A DNA stretch of 56,714 nucleotides from a virus (IMGVR_UViG_3300042534_000372:1-56714), one strand, 5' to 3'. Positions 8,951-19,502 are shown, counted from the stretch's first letter. The notes: a model not told the origin generated them from the letters alone. Numbers and translations: made by a program.

Positions 8951-10309
8951 TTAATCTGTATTATTATTATTATTAGGATCGTCATTATTGTTATTATTAC
9001 TAATATTTCTTTGGAATTTATAAACGTCACCACCGCTTACTACTGGTAAATCTAACAATGAAAGATATTGATTCCATGTAATTATATTCTCAGCATAGGA
9101 ATCTTTCGCCGTTCTTCCGTTTAAGTTGGTCGCAATGGCCCTTTCCTTAAAATTGTCTTGCATTGCTGGTATATGATCCCAACTTGTACGAATCCTAAAG
9201 CCGTACTTTCTACAATCTAATCTAAATGTCCAATACTTATCATCACCCTCAACCATTGGGATAGTAGTATCTTGGTAGAGTCTTTTTACTGATTGTAATT
9301 GATTCTCGTATGTTGCGCCCTGAATATATGTTTTAACAAGCTCGGGAGGAACGCCAAATTCATTACTAATAAGTATTGAGTTGTTTGAAAAGTCCTCGTA
9401 AACTCCAAGATCCTTAGAACTCATCGCTGTTTTAATATAATCCAATGGAACAGGAGAAATAAGAAAAGGATTTTGACCGTTCAGATATCCGTAATCATTT
9501 TTAAACTTATCTTGAACCTCTGTTTTTTCGTCTGCAGTTAATGGCACTGTTCCGTTCGCATCTTTTGCATTAGGGCTTAATATTCCACTCATTCCTCTAG
9601 ATGTAAAGAGCGTATTCATAAACTCAAAAGCTAACTGAACGTTTGTTATTGGTCGCTTTAAAACCTCTAATTTGCTTATCCCCATTATCGATGGAGACTC
9701 GGACGAAATATTAACCTCGTTTAAGTGTATGATTTCTGATGGATCGAATTTCTTTATCGGGTTTACGTTTGTAACCGCATACTCTGAAACAATCCCGTTG
9801 ATATCTATCTGATCGTAAATCTTACCCGTTTGTTTAACCTCTGTAAATTGAGATGGTAGATTGACCATTGTCTGAACATTCGCGATGTCGGGCTTGCCAA
9901 ATCCAGCTGGCGCATTCAAATAAACGTAAGCATTACCAAATGTTTTCTTATAAAATACTTTCTGTTGTTCGAATTCTTCAGATGATTGTAATGGATTCGG
10001 GAATTCATTTAGCAATCTATGGGCGTTTTGAACACCAGCGCGTCCAGATGTCCAGGGTATAACCTCACCCGTTTTAGTATCTTCTAAATACTTGCGCCCA
10101 TTAGCGGCTGATGTGGATAGTAAATTAATACAAGCCTTAACAACTGGGTTAAACCTAACAGCCTCTTCGAAATCTTGCGGAGTCGATAGTGAAATCCAAG
10201 ACGGCTTACCATCGGGCCACTGGATATTCTGTGCTGTTACTATCGTATTCTGCCTAAAAGCCGTGCTTAATAGACTCCTGGCTATGTTAAATTTAAGTTT
10301 GTCAAACAT
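8951..10309 (-). CDS. Portal protein (HK97 family)
   Basis: PNPLQS, FGNAYV, EIIHL, FGVPPEL, TYEN motifs. Confidence 0.92.
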   Translation of the reverse strand: MFDKLKFNIARSLLSTAFRQNTIVTAQNIQWPDGKPSWISLSTPQDFEEAVRFNPVVKACINLLSTSAANGRKYLEDTKTGEVIPWTSGRAGVQNAHRLLNEFPNPLQSSEEFEQQKVFYKKTFGNAYVYLNAPAGFGKPDIANVQTMVNLPSQFTEVKQTGKIYDQIDINGIVSEYAVTNVNPIKKFDPSEIIHLNEVNISSESPSIMGISKLEVLKRPITNVQLAFEFMNTLFTSRGMSGILSPNAKDANGTVPLTADEKTEVQDKFKNDYGYLNGQNPFLISPVPLDYIKTAMSSKDLGVYEDFSNNSILISNEFGVPPELVKTYIQGATYENQLQSVKRLYQDTTIPMVEGDDKYWTFRLDCRKYGFRIRTSWDHIPAMQDNFKERAIATNLNGRTAKDSYAENIITWNQYLSLLDLPVVSGGDVYKFQRNISNNNNNDDPNNNNNTD

Positions 10310-10381
10310 GTATAGTTATTTTTCTCAAAATTACAACTTTATTCGTAAAGATAATAATAATTTGAATAGTAATAGATTAAA

Positions 10382-11716
10382 CTACCATAACCTATCCTTC
10401 ATTGCTAGAACATACCTTGCAGGGTCTATGTGATGATTCCAGTCATCGATTGGCTCTGGAAGTATTATCCCGTCCTTAGTGATTTGTCTTTGATAACTCT
10501 CAAATTCTTTGATAATATTTAAGGATCTTGACGTTATTCTGTGATTGTAAGCCAGTAGCCATTTTAAACTCTCTGATATTCGTGGTTTTTTAACTGCATG
10601 TACGTTATATCCAGAGCTCCTAAGCTCTCTAATACTCTTTGGTTCTGCCGAGTCTGCTACTATTGTTTGGGATGCATCAAACTTGGTGTCTTTTAATCTT
10701 TTAATTATGCTATCTTGAAGTGGATTATCTACCTCTAGGTTTGTCAATCCAGTCTCGTGTATTATTTCATCCCAATACATTGTATTACCGTGAATGTAGA
10801 AGTCTGTTAGAGTTAATGGATCAGGATTGAATCCAAAATCCATGCCCGAAGGTATCCTTTTTGCTTCTTTTGGAATTTCATCAATAACAGACCAATTTTT
10901 CATTATCAACCTGTCTGATATAATGCCCCATTGAGCATTAGCATATATATTGTAATTGTTAATATCATGAATTTTATCGTGTTCAAAATCTGCGATAACA
11001 TGCTTGTCTAGAAATCCGAACTCTTTACCACATGGATGACCTACTATCCAGAAGTTGTCTCTATATGTGTTGATTATAAACACAATATTACCACGCTTAT
11101 TAATCTTCTTAGATCCGAATTCAATATCTAATTGAGATAAGTTAACGCCATTAATCACAGGCGCATTATCAAGAACTAATGGCATATTTTCCCAATCCTC
11201 TTTATCGATTACGTTTTTTTTAACCCAATGATTACGAGAAATAGGATTCCATGAAGCTATTATTTGCTGTCCTGGCTTTCCTCTTAATCGTTTCTTTATC
11301 TGTTTTAAATCATCTTCTTTGTAATCAGTCAACTCATCAAGATAAACCCTTTTAAATGCTGATATTCCTTTTATTCTCTCTGAGTTATCAAGACCTCTAA
11401 ACCTTAATTTAGCCTCACCTATTCTTATTTCATTCTGGATAGCGTCAATATTATTTGTGAATCTATTTAGGTTTGCGGTAAATGAATATGCATCTTGATA
11501 AATCGAATCCTTTATATCTACTGCGTACTTTCGCATCATTAGTGTACTGTCTCCGCTTTCTAAAGCGTCAAGGCTACACGCTTGCGATACACTATGAGAC
11601 TTACCACTAGAAGAACCACCCATTAAAAAAATCATCCTAATATTTGGATCATTCATAGCATCTCTTAAATGCCAATATGTAGGGTTGAATAATCTAGGAT
11701 CTAAATTTAAATTCAT
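10382..11716 (-). CDS. terL: Terminase large subunit (PBSX-like)
   Basis: GGSSSGKS Walker A, YLDE Walker B, GMDFGFNPDP and NHHIDPARY nuclease motifs. Confidence 0.95.
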   Translation of the reverse strand: MNLNLDPRLFNPTYWHLRDAMNDPNIRMIFLMGGSSSGKSHSVSQACSLDALESGDSTLMMRKYAVDIKDSIYQDAYSFTANLNRFTNNIDAIQNEIRIGEAKLRFRGLDNSERIKGISAFKRVYLDELTDYKEDDLKQIKKRLRGKPGQQIIASWNPISRNHWVKKNVIDKEDWENMPLVLDNAPVINGVNLSQLDIEFGSKKINKRGNIVFIINTYRDNFWIVGHPCGKEFGFLDKHVIADFEHDKIHDINNYNIYANAQWGIISDRLIMKNWSVIDEIPKEAKRIPSGMDFGFNPDPLTLTDFYIHGNTMYWDEIIHETGLTNLEVDNPLQDSIIKRLKDTKFDASQTIVADSAEPKSIRELRSSGYNVHAVKKPRISESLKWLLAYNHRITSRSLNIIKEFESYQRQITKDGIILPEPIDDWNHHIDPARYVLAMKDRLW

Positions 11717-11787
11717 GTTTTAGTTTGAGATTGTAACCAGCATCATCGAGTCAAGACGATTCAATGTAAGTAAAAATCTAATTTTAG

Positions 11788-12360
11788 TTACGATTTATCA
11801 CTAAATGCATCATAGGTGATATTTGTTGTTGATTCGAACTTTCCACCTGCATTAGTGTGATCTATTCTCTCAACTGCATTATACCCCATCATTTTATTGA
11901 TTTCTTGAATGGCTGTTATCTTTGGGTATAGCTTAATCTTAACATAGTCTATTTCAATCTCTCCATCTTCACCGACCTTCATAGTTTTAGTGTCCGTGCT
12001 TTCAATAGCTGCGGTCTGATCCTCTGTTAACTCTTTAAAATCCTTTAGTGTTATCCATGTGTTATGAAGATTAGCAATGCTTGAATAGGCTATCTTAACA
12101 AGCTCATTTATATTCCTTACTTTAGACACTCCTGTTAAATCTTCTATGTTATTTTTAATTTCCTCGATATATGTTAAAATTCTAACATCATCTAACAGCC
12201 TTGTAGCACTTGCGGAAGCAGATTTATATTCACAATCTGGGTATGCTTTCATGTATGATTTCACCCTATTCCACGATAAAACATACTCTCTTGCGAAGTG
12301 TTTTTGATTATCGTTTAGCGGTAAAATTCCGATCTCTATATCTTTTGCTTTGCTTGCCAT
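11788..12360 (-). CDS. terS: Terminase small subunit
   Basis: QKHFAREY...SASRLL HTH, KIKLYPK; upstream of terL. Confidence 0.9.
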   Translation of the reverse strand: MASKAKDIEIGILPLNDNQKHFAREYVLSWNRVKSYMKAYPDCEYKSASASATRLLDDVRILTYIEEIKNNIEDLTGVSKVRNINELVKIAYSSIANLHNTWITLKDFKELTEDQTAAIESTDTKTMKVGEDGEIEIDYVKIKLYPKITAIQEINKMMGYNAVERIDHTNAGGKFESTTNITYDAFSDKS

Positions 12361-12478
12361 ATCATTTAGTTTATCCCATAAAGTTAATCATTTTATAGCA
12401 TATAAAAAAACCCTCCGATTTGGAAGGGTTTACGGACCGGATCAAAATTAATTAATATAAACGATTCCAGTATGTTTG

Positions 12479-12549
12479 TGATCTAACGGGAGTCGAACCC
12501 TATCTTTCAGCTTTTCTGGCTGCGTGCTCTCCGTTACACTATTAGATCA
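12479..12549 (-). tRNA. Degenerate tRNA-like element (possible GAA/Phe anticodon)
   Basis: TGATCTAA/TTAGATCA acceptor stem, GTG/CAC D stem, CAGC/GCTG stem, GGGTTCGACTCCC T arm; non-canonical positions. Confidence 0.45.
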
Positions 12550-12672
12550 TTTCCGAGGGAGTTTTAACGAGCCTTACCCAAGGACTGCTCTAGACTACAA
12601 ATATACTAATTCCTATCAACTATACCAATCTCTTTTATCTATCGAAAATTTATATTGATAGAGATTGTCTAT

Positions 12673-12876
12673 CTAATCCATCAACCCACACTCTTCTATT
12701 AAGTCCTGAAGACTCATTATTCTTGATGCAATTTGCTTTGGTAAGTATTTTATCATTTCTTCTTTTCTTTTGCCTCCAACCATACTGCCTTCTTCTACAA
12801 AAGCATCTGTCATGGCTAATATGCCAAACAACTCATTTCTTATTTGTCTTTTGGATAATACTCTTTTGTTTTCCAT
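12673..12876 (-). CDS. Hypothetical protein
   Basis: ORF track, co-oriented with neighbours. Confidence 0.6.
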   Translation of the reverse strand: MENKRVLSKRQIRNELFGILAMTDAFVEEGSMVGGKRKEEMIKYLPKQIASRIMSLQDLIEECGLMD

Positions 12877-13081
12877 AATTACGAATTCTTTTTATTTTGT
12901 TTAAACCATCTTTCAAAATCTTTCCTGTAGTCTTCTGAATCATTCAAATGTTCAGGATTAGTGAATGATTCAATCAGTTTCCAGCAAATCGCTTTTACTT
13001 CAGTATTTGTGTAAATATACATTTCTATTTTTTTTGCCATATAGTTTTAATTGATTAATAATTTATTTTAATAGATTTTAT

Positions 13082-13306
13082 TTACCAGAACGTGAACCCA
13101 TCAGGATCAACACCCAAAAACTGACAATGCAATATACATGAAGTCCTACCGCCTTTTGATGTATTACCAAGCATAAAGTCCATTACTAACTTCCAGTTAT
13201 ATGTTCTTTTTCTTACTGTCTTTGGAATATTACGCTCTACGTTTCTCATTATGCTAAGATGAAATTTAATCTTATCCATCTCTACCGTTTGATCTAAATC
13301 TCCCAT
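13082..13306 (-). CDS. Hypothetical protein
   Basis: ORF track. Confidence 0.6.
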   Translation of the reverse strand: MGDLDQTVEMDKIKFHLSIMRNVERNIPKTVRKRTYNWKLVMDFMLGNTSKGGRTSCILHCQFLGVDPDGFTFW

Positions 13307-13369
13307 TCTTTTAGTTTTAAGCTATTATTTAATTAACTAATTCCTTATTTAAATTAAAGGTCATTTTCT

Positions 13370-13648
13370 TTACTTATAAAAATCAAATGAATCTTTTCCA
13401 GTGTATTTTTTAATTAGCTGCCTCAATTCGTTTCCGCATTCAGTCGCCATATCGCAAGCGTTAGAAAGTTCAATCTTATCTAGAACTTGCTTTTCAAAAA
13501 TCTTATCCATTAACACCGACATAAATATAGATGTTGCAGCTTTTAAAGACTCTTCTGGGTAGTTTGGCTTTGTTCCTACCGATTCATTTACGGTTAATTC
13601 AAGCTCTAATAGTATCGGTTGTATTCTTACTCCTAATGATTCTTGCAT
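13370..13648 (-). CDS. Hypothetical protein
   Basis: ORF track. Confidence 0.65.
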   Translation of the reverse strand: MQESLGVRIQPILLELELTVNESVGTKPNYPEESLKAATSIFMSVLMDKIFEKQVLDKIELSNACDMATECGNELRQLIKKYTGKDSFDFYK

Positions 13649-13800
13649 GGCTTCAATGTTAATTGTTTAAGTCCTTCCTTGTGCATTCTTAAAAACACTT
13701 TTGCAATGTGATGTTTTGCATTCTTGGATAATTTAAAATTCATAGATGGAATACAATCACCATTTGACAGTGTTGCTTTTGATAGTGATTTACTCATTGT

Positions 13801-14328
13801 TTAAATATTTAAGTTTTTGGTTGTTAATTCTCCTTTTGTGTATTCAGCTAAGTCATGTATGGTTTTAATTTCTACACAATCAGATGTAAATACATCGTAA
13901 ACACAAATGACACCATCTTCATTTTTAATGAATTCGTATTTCCCAATATAAAAATCTACTACTGCATCACTACATAACACAACATCTTCAAATATCACTT
14001 TCTTTTCTGCTTCTTGCCATAATTCTAATGCAACATCAAACATTGAATCTATTGAGCTTCCAACAATAAAATCAAATTCTTTAGGCTTCTCGTAAGGATT
14101 AACAAACATCTCTTTCGTGAGTGATCCGAGCATAATTTTATCGTAATCATTACGCATTCTCAACATTATCGCATCTATAACAATGAAATCGTGCGCGTTT
14201 TCTTTTGGCGAACATCCATTTTTATATGTTGGTATTTTAGATCCTGACAATTTGCAGAATTCAGAAGTAGTAAGCGATTTTAAGTAGAATCCAAAACCTG
14301 CCTCTGTATATAATTTATCTAGTTTCAT
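13801..14328 (-). CDS. Hypothetical protein
   Basis: ORF track. Confidence 0.7.
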   Translation of the reverse strand: MKLDKLYTEAGFGFYLKSLTTSEFCKLSGSKIPTYKNGCSPKENAHDFIVIDAIMLRMRNDYDKIMLGSLTKEMFVNPYEKPKEFDFIVGSSIDSMFDVALELWQEAEKKVIFEDVVLCSDAVVDFYIGKYEFIKNEDGVICVYDVFTSDCVEIKTIHDLAEYTKGELTTKNLNI

Positions 14329-14573
14329 GATCTGTTATTTAGTTTGATTATTAAACCATTCTGTGAACTTTTCTAAATTATCGCTATCAAATAAGCAATT
14401 ACTGCACTTTACACCTACACATTTTCCGTTTGAATTATAACAGTATTGCTCTTGTATTATTGATACATTCTCGTACTCCCTATCTGGTATTTTTAAGCCT
14501 TCGTATTCTTTCATGATTTATCTTATTGGTTAAAACAAATTTAGCAATTCCAAAATGGTTAATACTACTTTGG

Positions 14574-14866
14574 TGTATGTTGTAAAACATGTTCGTAGAA
14601 TTCACATGCCTAAATCTTTTATTAATTCTTTCAATGTTTCAATAGGTATTTGCATACGTTCAGTTCCGCGCCCTCCGTATCCGTAATCCCAATTACATTC
14701 GATTTCAACATCTTCACCTTGCTTTAACGTGACAGTAAAAGTTCTGTCGCGCGTCTCGTCTGTTATCCAGGTTTCGTCTTTAAAATTCGGTTGCCATTTA
14801 TTTTTTTCAATCTTCAAATCGCTCATATTATCGGTTTTAACTTGTATGTTGTAAAACATGTTCGTA
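14574..14866. repeat. 24-bp direct repeats TGTATGTTGTAAAACATGTTCGTA (14574-14597, 14843-14866) flanking one gene
   Basis: Exact repeat read directly. Confidence 0.9.
14602..14826 (-). CDS. Hypothetical protein between direct repeats (MSDLKIEK...)
   Basis: Likely start at 14826. Confidence 0.7.
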   Translation of the reverse strand: MSDLKIEKNKWQPNFKDETWITDETRDRTFTVTLKQGEDVEIECNWDYGYGGRGTERMQIPIETLKELIKDLGM

Positions 14867-14998
14867 AAACTTACATAATGCATTCTCGTATCGCTTCTTA
14901 GCAGTGCTATTTTGATACACTGATAATTTCATGTCGAAAAACTGAGCCATCTCTTTATTGGACAGCTTCAGTTCTTTTTTAAGTTGTTTGATTTCCAT
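14837..14998 (-). CDS. Small HTH protein (MEIKQLKKELKLSNKEMAQFF...)
   Basis: XRE-like pattern, read manually. Confidence 0.6.
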   Translation of the reverse strand: MEIKQLKKELKLSNKEMAQFFDMKLSVYQNSTAKKRYENALCKFYEHVLQHTS

Positions 14999-15007
14999 TA
15001 TTAAAAA

Positions 15008-15313
15008 TTAGCTCAATTCCCACTCTAGTAATTTAATGATACTCTTTCCGTAATCCTCACAATATCCATCTTCATCGACTATCCACTCGTTTAACATTGG
15101 ATTTGAATCGCTATGAGAAACGAAGTTTGTGCAGAATGAAAATGTTAAACCATCGTTATTTCTGTGTCTAGCTGAATGTTCGGATACCCTGATTGTTATA
15201 TCTTGTTCTGAATCTTCTGAGTCCTGCTCGAATGTGAAATATGATGATCCATTAACACCTTCAAGTCGTTTAGTAATCTCTTTTGCGGTTTCTTCTATTG
15301 AGTAAGTTCTCAT
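15008..15313 (-). CDS. Hypothetical protein with IRVSEH motif (LPD-like)
   Basis: ORF with its own TATATTTG element near 15357-15364. Confidence 0.65.
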   Translation of the reverse strand: MRTYSIEETAKEITKRLEGVNGSSYFTFEQDSEDSEQDITIRVSEHSARHRNNDGLTFSFCTNFVSHSDSNPMLNEWIVDEDGYCEDYGKSIIKLLEWELS

Positions 15314-15558
15314 TTTGTAAGTTTTTTGTTTTGGTTATTATCTCATTTCCTATACAACAAATATAAGCATAAACTTATTACCACACAATAGTAAGACTAA
15401 AATAAATCGTTATTTGAAACGATTACAAATAAAAATGCTCCCAGTGAATCTGGTTAATCCATTCCGGGAGCTGCAAAGAAACTTATTCAAGCCATGAGTA
15501 AGTTCTAGAAAGTAAACAGGGAGTCGAACCCTGAATACTAATTGTATCTATCTGATTA

Positions 15559-15915
15559 TCAGAATGGTAAATCATCAGTCTCTTCGTCTGGCGTTGTCAT
15601 TGGCTCTATATTATTAGCCTGTGCAGACTGAACCTTTTCAATCCTCCAAGCTTCAAGACTATTGAAATAATTAACTTTACCGTCCTTTTCCCATTTACGA
15701 CCACGAACATTAAAGTGAACCTTTACCTCTTCATTAAGGATCACAACGTCTAATAAATCGCATCTATCCTGTGTTAATTGAAATTTGATAAAATCATTCC
15801 ATTCTGAATTTCTTTCGTTTTCAACCTCAATAACAAACTCACGCTTTTTGAATTTATCACTAATTGATTGTGTCTCTTCTTTTACTATTACCTTACCGTT
15901 AATTTCGAAATTCAT
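15559..15915 (-). CDS. DUF3127-family single-stranded DNA-binding protein
   Basis: FKKREFV, FNVRGRKW, YFNSLEAWRI, acidic DDLPF tail. Confidence 0.9.
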   Translation of the reverse strand: MNFEINGKVIVKEETQSISDKFKKREFVIEVENERNSEWNDFIKFQLTQDRCDLLDVVILNEEVKVHFNVRGRKWEKDGKVNYFNSLEAWRIEKVQSAQANNIEPMTTPDEETDDLPF

Positions 15916-15918
15916 AAT

Positions 15919-16188
15919 CTATTTGTCTTTTTTTGTGAAATTCATAAATTGAGAAGCTAATCTATTAGCCATATAATTCATCTCCAATGGATCTAATTTG
16001 TTGCCAGTTAATCTTCCGATCATAAGCATTGGCATTAATGTGGACAAAGCGTGTGTAAAGTGGTTTGCATTATCTCCCTCAGAAACCTCATCAAGATCTA
16101 TGTGGTTTTCACAATCCTCATCGAACATTTCATTTATCTGCAACAACATTAATGCTGCATACTCTTCGTATTTTTCTCTTGTTTTCAT
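15919..16188 (-). CDS. Hypothetical protein
   Basis: ORF track. Confidence 0.65.
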   Translation of the reverse strand: MKTREKYEEYAALMLLQINEMFDEDCENHIDLDEVSEGDNANHFTHALSTLMPMLMIGRLTGNKLDPLEMNYMANRLASQFMNFTKKDK

Positions 16189-16198
16189 GATTTATTTA

Positions 16199-16498
16199 TT
16201 AATGTTTAACATCCTGATCTTTATAATAAGCCTCTTTAAGCTCTTGTTTCTTCTCGTTGAATATATCATACTGTTCTTGCCTTGCGTGTTCTTCTGGCGT
16301 ACCTAAAAGTATGTTATCTGGATTTAAACGATATGCAGGATAAGCACCTTTCGAAAGCACGTGTAAAAATTGGAAGTGCCATTTAGGATGATTAATGTGG
16401 TAAAGTTGATTGCCTGACAACTCAGATTTATAACCGTTGGTCTCGCCTCTTGTTTCCCAAATAAATAAAAATAATTGTTTTTGAGTTTTAAACTTCAT
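16199..16498 (-). CDS. NinG/HNH-like small nuclease-fold protein
   Basis: HVLSKGAYP..RLNPDNI....EEH motif. Confidence 0.65.
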   Translation of the reverse strand: MKFKTQKQLFLFIWETRGETNGYKSELSGNQLYHINHPKWHFQFLHVLSKGAYPAYRLNPDNILLGTPEEHARQEQYDIFNEKKQELKEAYYKDQDVKH

Positions 16499-17195
16499 AA
16501 TTAATAAGCTTTAAATATGCCATGTTAGAAATATAACTCTTAAATTCTTCGGCTAATCTCAATATTTCATTTGTTTTTATTTCTTTGTACTTACGAATAG
16601 CATCAGTTTTATTTTCAAAATTACCAACGTACAGCCTGTCACTGTCATACGTTACCCTTATGGAATATTTATTATATTTAGATGAGTATCTATACCCAAA
16701 AGACTTCCTTAATACTGTATTTATTTTTGAGGGTAAAAAGCAACACGTTTCTGGAGAATATTTAGTACCATCACCAATCAGATCCTTATCTAATTCGAAT
16801 CCATTGATATAATTATCGTAATACCAATTTGCAAAATTTTGATAATTCAACCACCTCATACATACACAAACATTACTATATGTAGAATTATTAGATCTAC
16901 TTCCATAACACCTATCTAGCATGCTATTCCAAGTTGTATAAGCCTTTTCCTTAATACCACAACTCATTGATCTATGCTTCCCAATGCCAATATATCCAAT
17001 TCCATATTTAAATGGCCTCATAACATCCTTAACCCTTCCGCTCTTTATTGAGCACATTGATACGCTTGATACTGTGCCAGTCATTGCGAATATTATGTCT
17101 ATGTCATGGTAGGATCTATATTTAATTATCATAAATTCACCATAGTTTTTTGATTCAAAAACCATTCCGTCATACTCCATCTTTTTATTTCTCAT
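16488..17195 (-). CDS. HNH-type homing endonuclease with AP2-like C-terminus
   Basis: WNSMLDRCY, WLNYQNFANW, ELDKDL...YSPETCCFLP motifs. Confidence 0.85.
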   Translation of the reverse strand: MRNKKMEYDGMVFESKNYGEFMIIKYRSYHDIDIIFAMTGTVSSVSMCSIKSGRVKDVMRPFKYGIGYIGIGKHRSMSCGIKEKAYTTWNSMLDRCYGSRSNNSTYSNVCVCMRWLNYQNFANWYYDNYINGFELDKDLIGDGTKYSPETCCFLPSKINTVLRKSFGYRYSSKYNKYSIRVTYDSDRLYVGNFENKTDAIRKYKEIKTNEILRLAEEFKSYISNMAYLKLINYEV

Positions 17196-17336
17196 CTTTT
17201 TACTTTAAAGATACGAATAATAAGTAAAATCATAATCAAGTATTAAACATTTCTTTTTGTGTTTTGAATTTATGCATGGCAATTACATTTAGGACAGCTT
17301 AAATAAAGCCTCGCATCATATTCATGCCCACAATTA

Positions 17337-17735
17337 TTACACACTTCCCAAATCTCGTGATTTCTTAAATGCTTTGAACGACTCCTTAATGTCTTCTGTT
17401 GTTGGTAGCTCATATTCTATCGGTTTATTTTTTGGTGTAAAATGTAACTTCTGAAATGCAGTTAAAGGTTTTGCGTGATTGTGTAATGGTCTTTGATCCC
17501 AATCAGACATATCGGTATGGTTCCGGTTGCGTTCTCTTATTACGTGATCTAATCCGAACTTTTTAATCTTATTCCTTTCGACTGCGTTGAGGTATGCCTT
17601 TAATCTTCTTTCTAGATCTAATCTATATGGCAATGCTTCCGGCTTTCGCTCTTCTTCTCTTTCGATCTCAGGAGACTCTTGCACCCCCTGTTCTCTCATA
17701 TATAAAAAATCTTCTCTATTGCTTTGCATTGTCAA
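17337..17735 (-). CDS. Hypothetical protein
   Basis: ORF track. Confidence 0.6.
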   Translation of the reverse strand: MTMQSNREDFLYMREQGVQESPEIEREEERKPEALPYRLDLERRLKAYLNAVERNKIKKFGLDHVIRERNRNHTDMSDWDQRPLHNHAKPLTAFQKLHFTPKNKPIEYELPTTEDIKESFKAFKKSRDLGSV

Positions 17736-18381
17736 GCTCCTTAGTAATAAGTTCTTTATTCTTTTTACTCCACTTATATTTAAGTAGCGATTCGATAACG
17801 TATTGTTTTTTTGTGGGAATAGCCTTGATCATAGCGGTAACCTGTTCTTCCGAAACCCAATCCAACGAATCGCCAAATCCAAATTTGTAATCTTTAGGTG
17901 CTTGCGGTGTTTTAATATCGTCAGAATGAGTACTATCTGCGTCATCAATCTTGCCTACTGGAGTAAGGAAAGTATAAAGTAAACAGTTTTTAAGTGCATA
18001 TGTTGTAGCCTTACCAGCTCCTTTGTCTTGCGGGTCAATTCCGTGACCATAGCCAGCAAGCTCTATACTTTCCCCGCTTTCGTGTAGTAATATGTATTTA
18101 GTCTTAACCTTTGTGAAAACCGACTGTTTTGTTTTAAAATCTTTTGGTGTAGATTTACTGTATGGATCAACCTCTTCCCATCGATCTATTTGTGTTTCTT
18201 CTTCGATTCCAATAGGCAGAATGCAAAGTCCATTCTGTTCTAATGCATCGTTAAACACATCCGCAACATCCTTGTATTTAGTTCCGTCATAAGCCGAATT
18301 ACCAGTTCCGACACGGCTGTTTTTTTCCATTCCTTTAACAATCTTCATTACTGAAATAATTGCTTTTGCTATATTTTTCAT
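17716..18381 (-). CDS. erf: ERF-family ssDNA annealing protein
   Basis: LLHESGES, DKGAGKATTYALK, DDAD motifs. Confidence 0.85.
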   Translation of the reverse strand: MKNIAKAIISVMKIVKGMEKNSRVGTGNSAYDGTKYKDVADVFNDALEQNGLCILPIGIEEETQIDRWEEVDPYSKSTPKDFKTKQSVFTKVKTKYILLHESGESIELAGYGHGIDPQDKGAGKATTYALKNCLLYTFLTPVGKIDDADSTHSDDIKTPQAPKDYKFGFGDSLDWVSEEQVTAMIKAIPTKKQYVIESLLKYKWSKKNKELITKELDNAKQ

Positions 18382-18391
18382 TTGGTTTAGT

Positions 18392-18796
18392 TTAATTATA
18401 AGTGAAAATAAAATCTTCGTACCCCTGCATTTGTGGCGATGGTAAATAAATACTTTGCTCTTCTGCTACGAATAATCTAATCTTTTCTAAATAGTCCGTA
18501 AATTCTTTCGTGTCGTTATCTGGAGTGCTTTTAATCCTTAATTGCTTAACTCCAAATATTTCAACTTCTTCAATTCCTAGAAACTTTTCAGCAAAATATT
18601 TATGAAGATCGTTTTTATCGTTTCCAGTTTCATCTTGTATGCATGTAAGCCACATCCAATATAGAGAATTTTGTTTTACTGATCTTTTATTTTTGTGTTC
18701 GGTAAGATCAATTTTAGCTTTCTTTTCGATAAGCATTTTGCCTCGTAATCGAAAACGCTCAACGTCTAACGGTTTATTTAGGTCTAATTTCATCAT
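18392..18796 (-). CDS. NinB-like recombination protein
   Basis: RSVKQNSLYW, LHKYF..KFL, ST....KEF..YLEKI motifs. Confidence 0.75.
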   Translation of the reverse strand: MMKLDLNKPLDVERFRLRGKMLIEKKAKIDLTEHKNKRSVKQNSLYWMWLTCIQDETGNDKNDLHKYFAEKFLGIEEVEIFGVKQLRIKSTPDNDTKEFTDYLEKIRLFVAEEQSIYLPSPQMQGYEDFIFTYN

Positions 18797-18983
18797 CCGA
18801 ATATAAAAAGTAGAAAAATCATTAGCGCTATTCCTGCGATTATTGGAGAAATACACTCCAAATCTTTCATTTTTTGCTTGCAACTTCTGCCTTGTTCGCT
18901 CATTTCATTTAGTTTTTTGGTTTAAACAAATCTATGAATTCTACAATCAAATTAAGAATCTTTAGATATGTTATAAAACATGT

Positions 18984-19211
18984 TTATCGTTTTTTTAATC
19001 GGTAAGAATCAATTTCAGCCTGGATATCTTTTGCTTCTTGTACTCTTCCTAGTTTATGCTTTCCTAGTTTAGTCATCCCTACTCCGGTAACTACGTGATG
19101 AAAGCAATCATGTAGGCGATGCATTAAATCAAGCATGATTAAAGATGTTCTTATTCTCGTAGCCTTTTCTTCACTGGCTCTATTGGTATTGCTTGTTGCT
19201 GTGTTGTTCAT
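18984..19211 (-). CDS. Hypothetical protein
   Basis: ORF track. Confidence 0.55.
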   Translation of the reverse strand: MNNTATSNTNRASEEKATRIRTSLIMLDLMHRLHDCFHHVVTGVGMTKLGKHKLGRVQEAKDIQAEIDSYRLKKR

Positions 19212-19213
19212 GA

Positions 19214-19468
19214 TCAGTTTATTTTAATATTCTTTAAATCTAATTCAACTAATTCAAGTTTTAATTCCATACCACATATATTAGCGTATGAATTCAATAA
19301 TTTAAAATCAATAGTTTTGCCATTAATAAATTCGTTAATCTTCCTCCTTGATACATGGAAGTAGTCTGCTAAATCTTGTTGTGTAACACAATCGTAACAC
19401 CGTCTGTTTAATTCGTCCAAAATGTAACGATATTTGCACTCTAAAATTTCTGTTTTGGTTGTTTTCAT
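19214..19468 (-). CDS. XRE-like HTH protein immediately after the array A terminus
   Basis: TQQDLADYFHVSRRKINEFING. Confidence 0.8.
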   Translation of the reverse strand: MKTTKTEILECKYRYILDELNRRCYDCVTQQDLADYFHVSRRKINEFINGKTIDFKLLNSYANICGMELKLELVELDLKNIKIN

Positions 19469-19502
19469 TGGGTTTTATTTAAAAGGTGCGTTTACCGAAT
19501 CA

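Noticed and set aside
8954-9000. Poly-Asn (AAT)n tract at the portal C-terminus as a phase-variation repeat
   Set aside because: In-frame low-complexity tail; length changes would not shift the frame.
15511-15540. Second tRNA (CAGGGTTCGACTCCCTG on the minus strand)
   Set aside because: Only a T-arm-like hairpin; no convincing D or anticodon arm.
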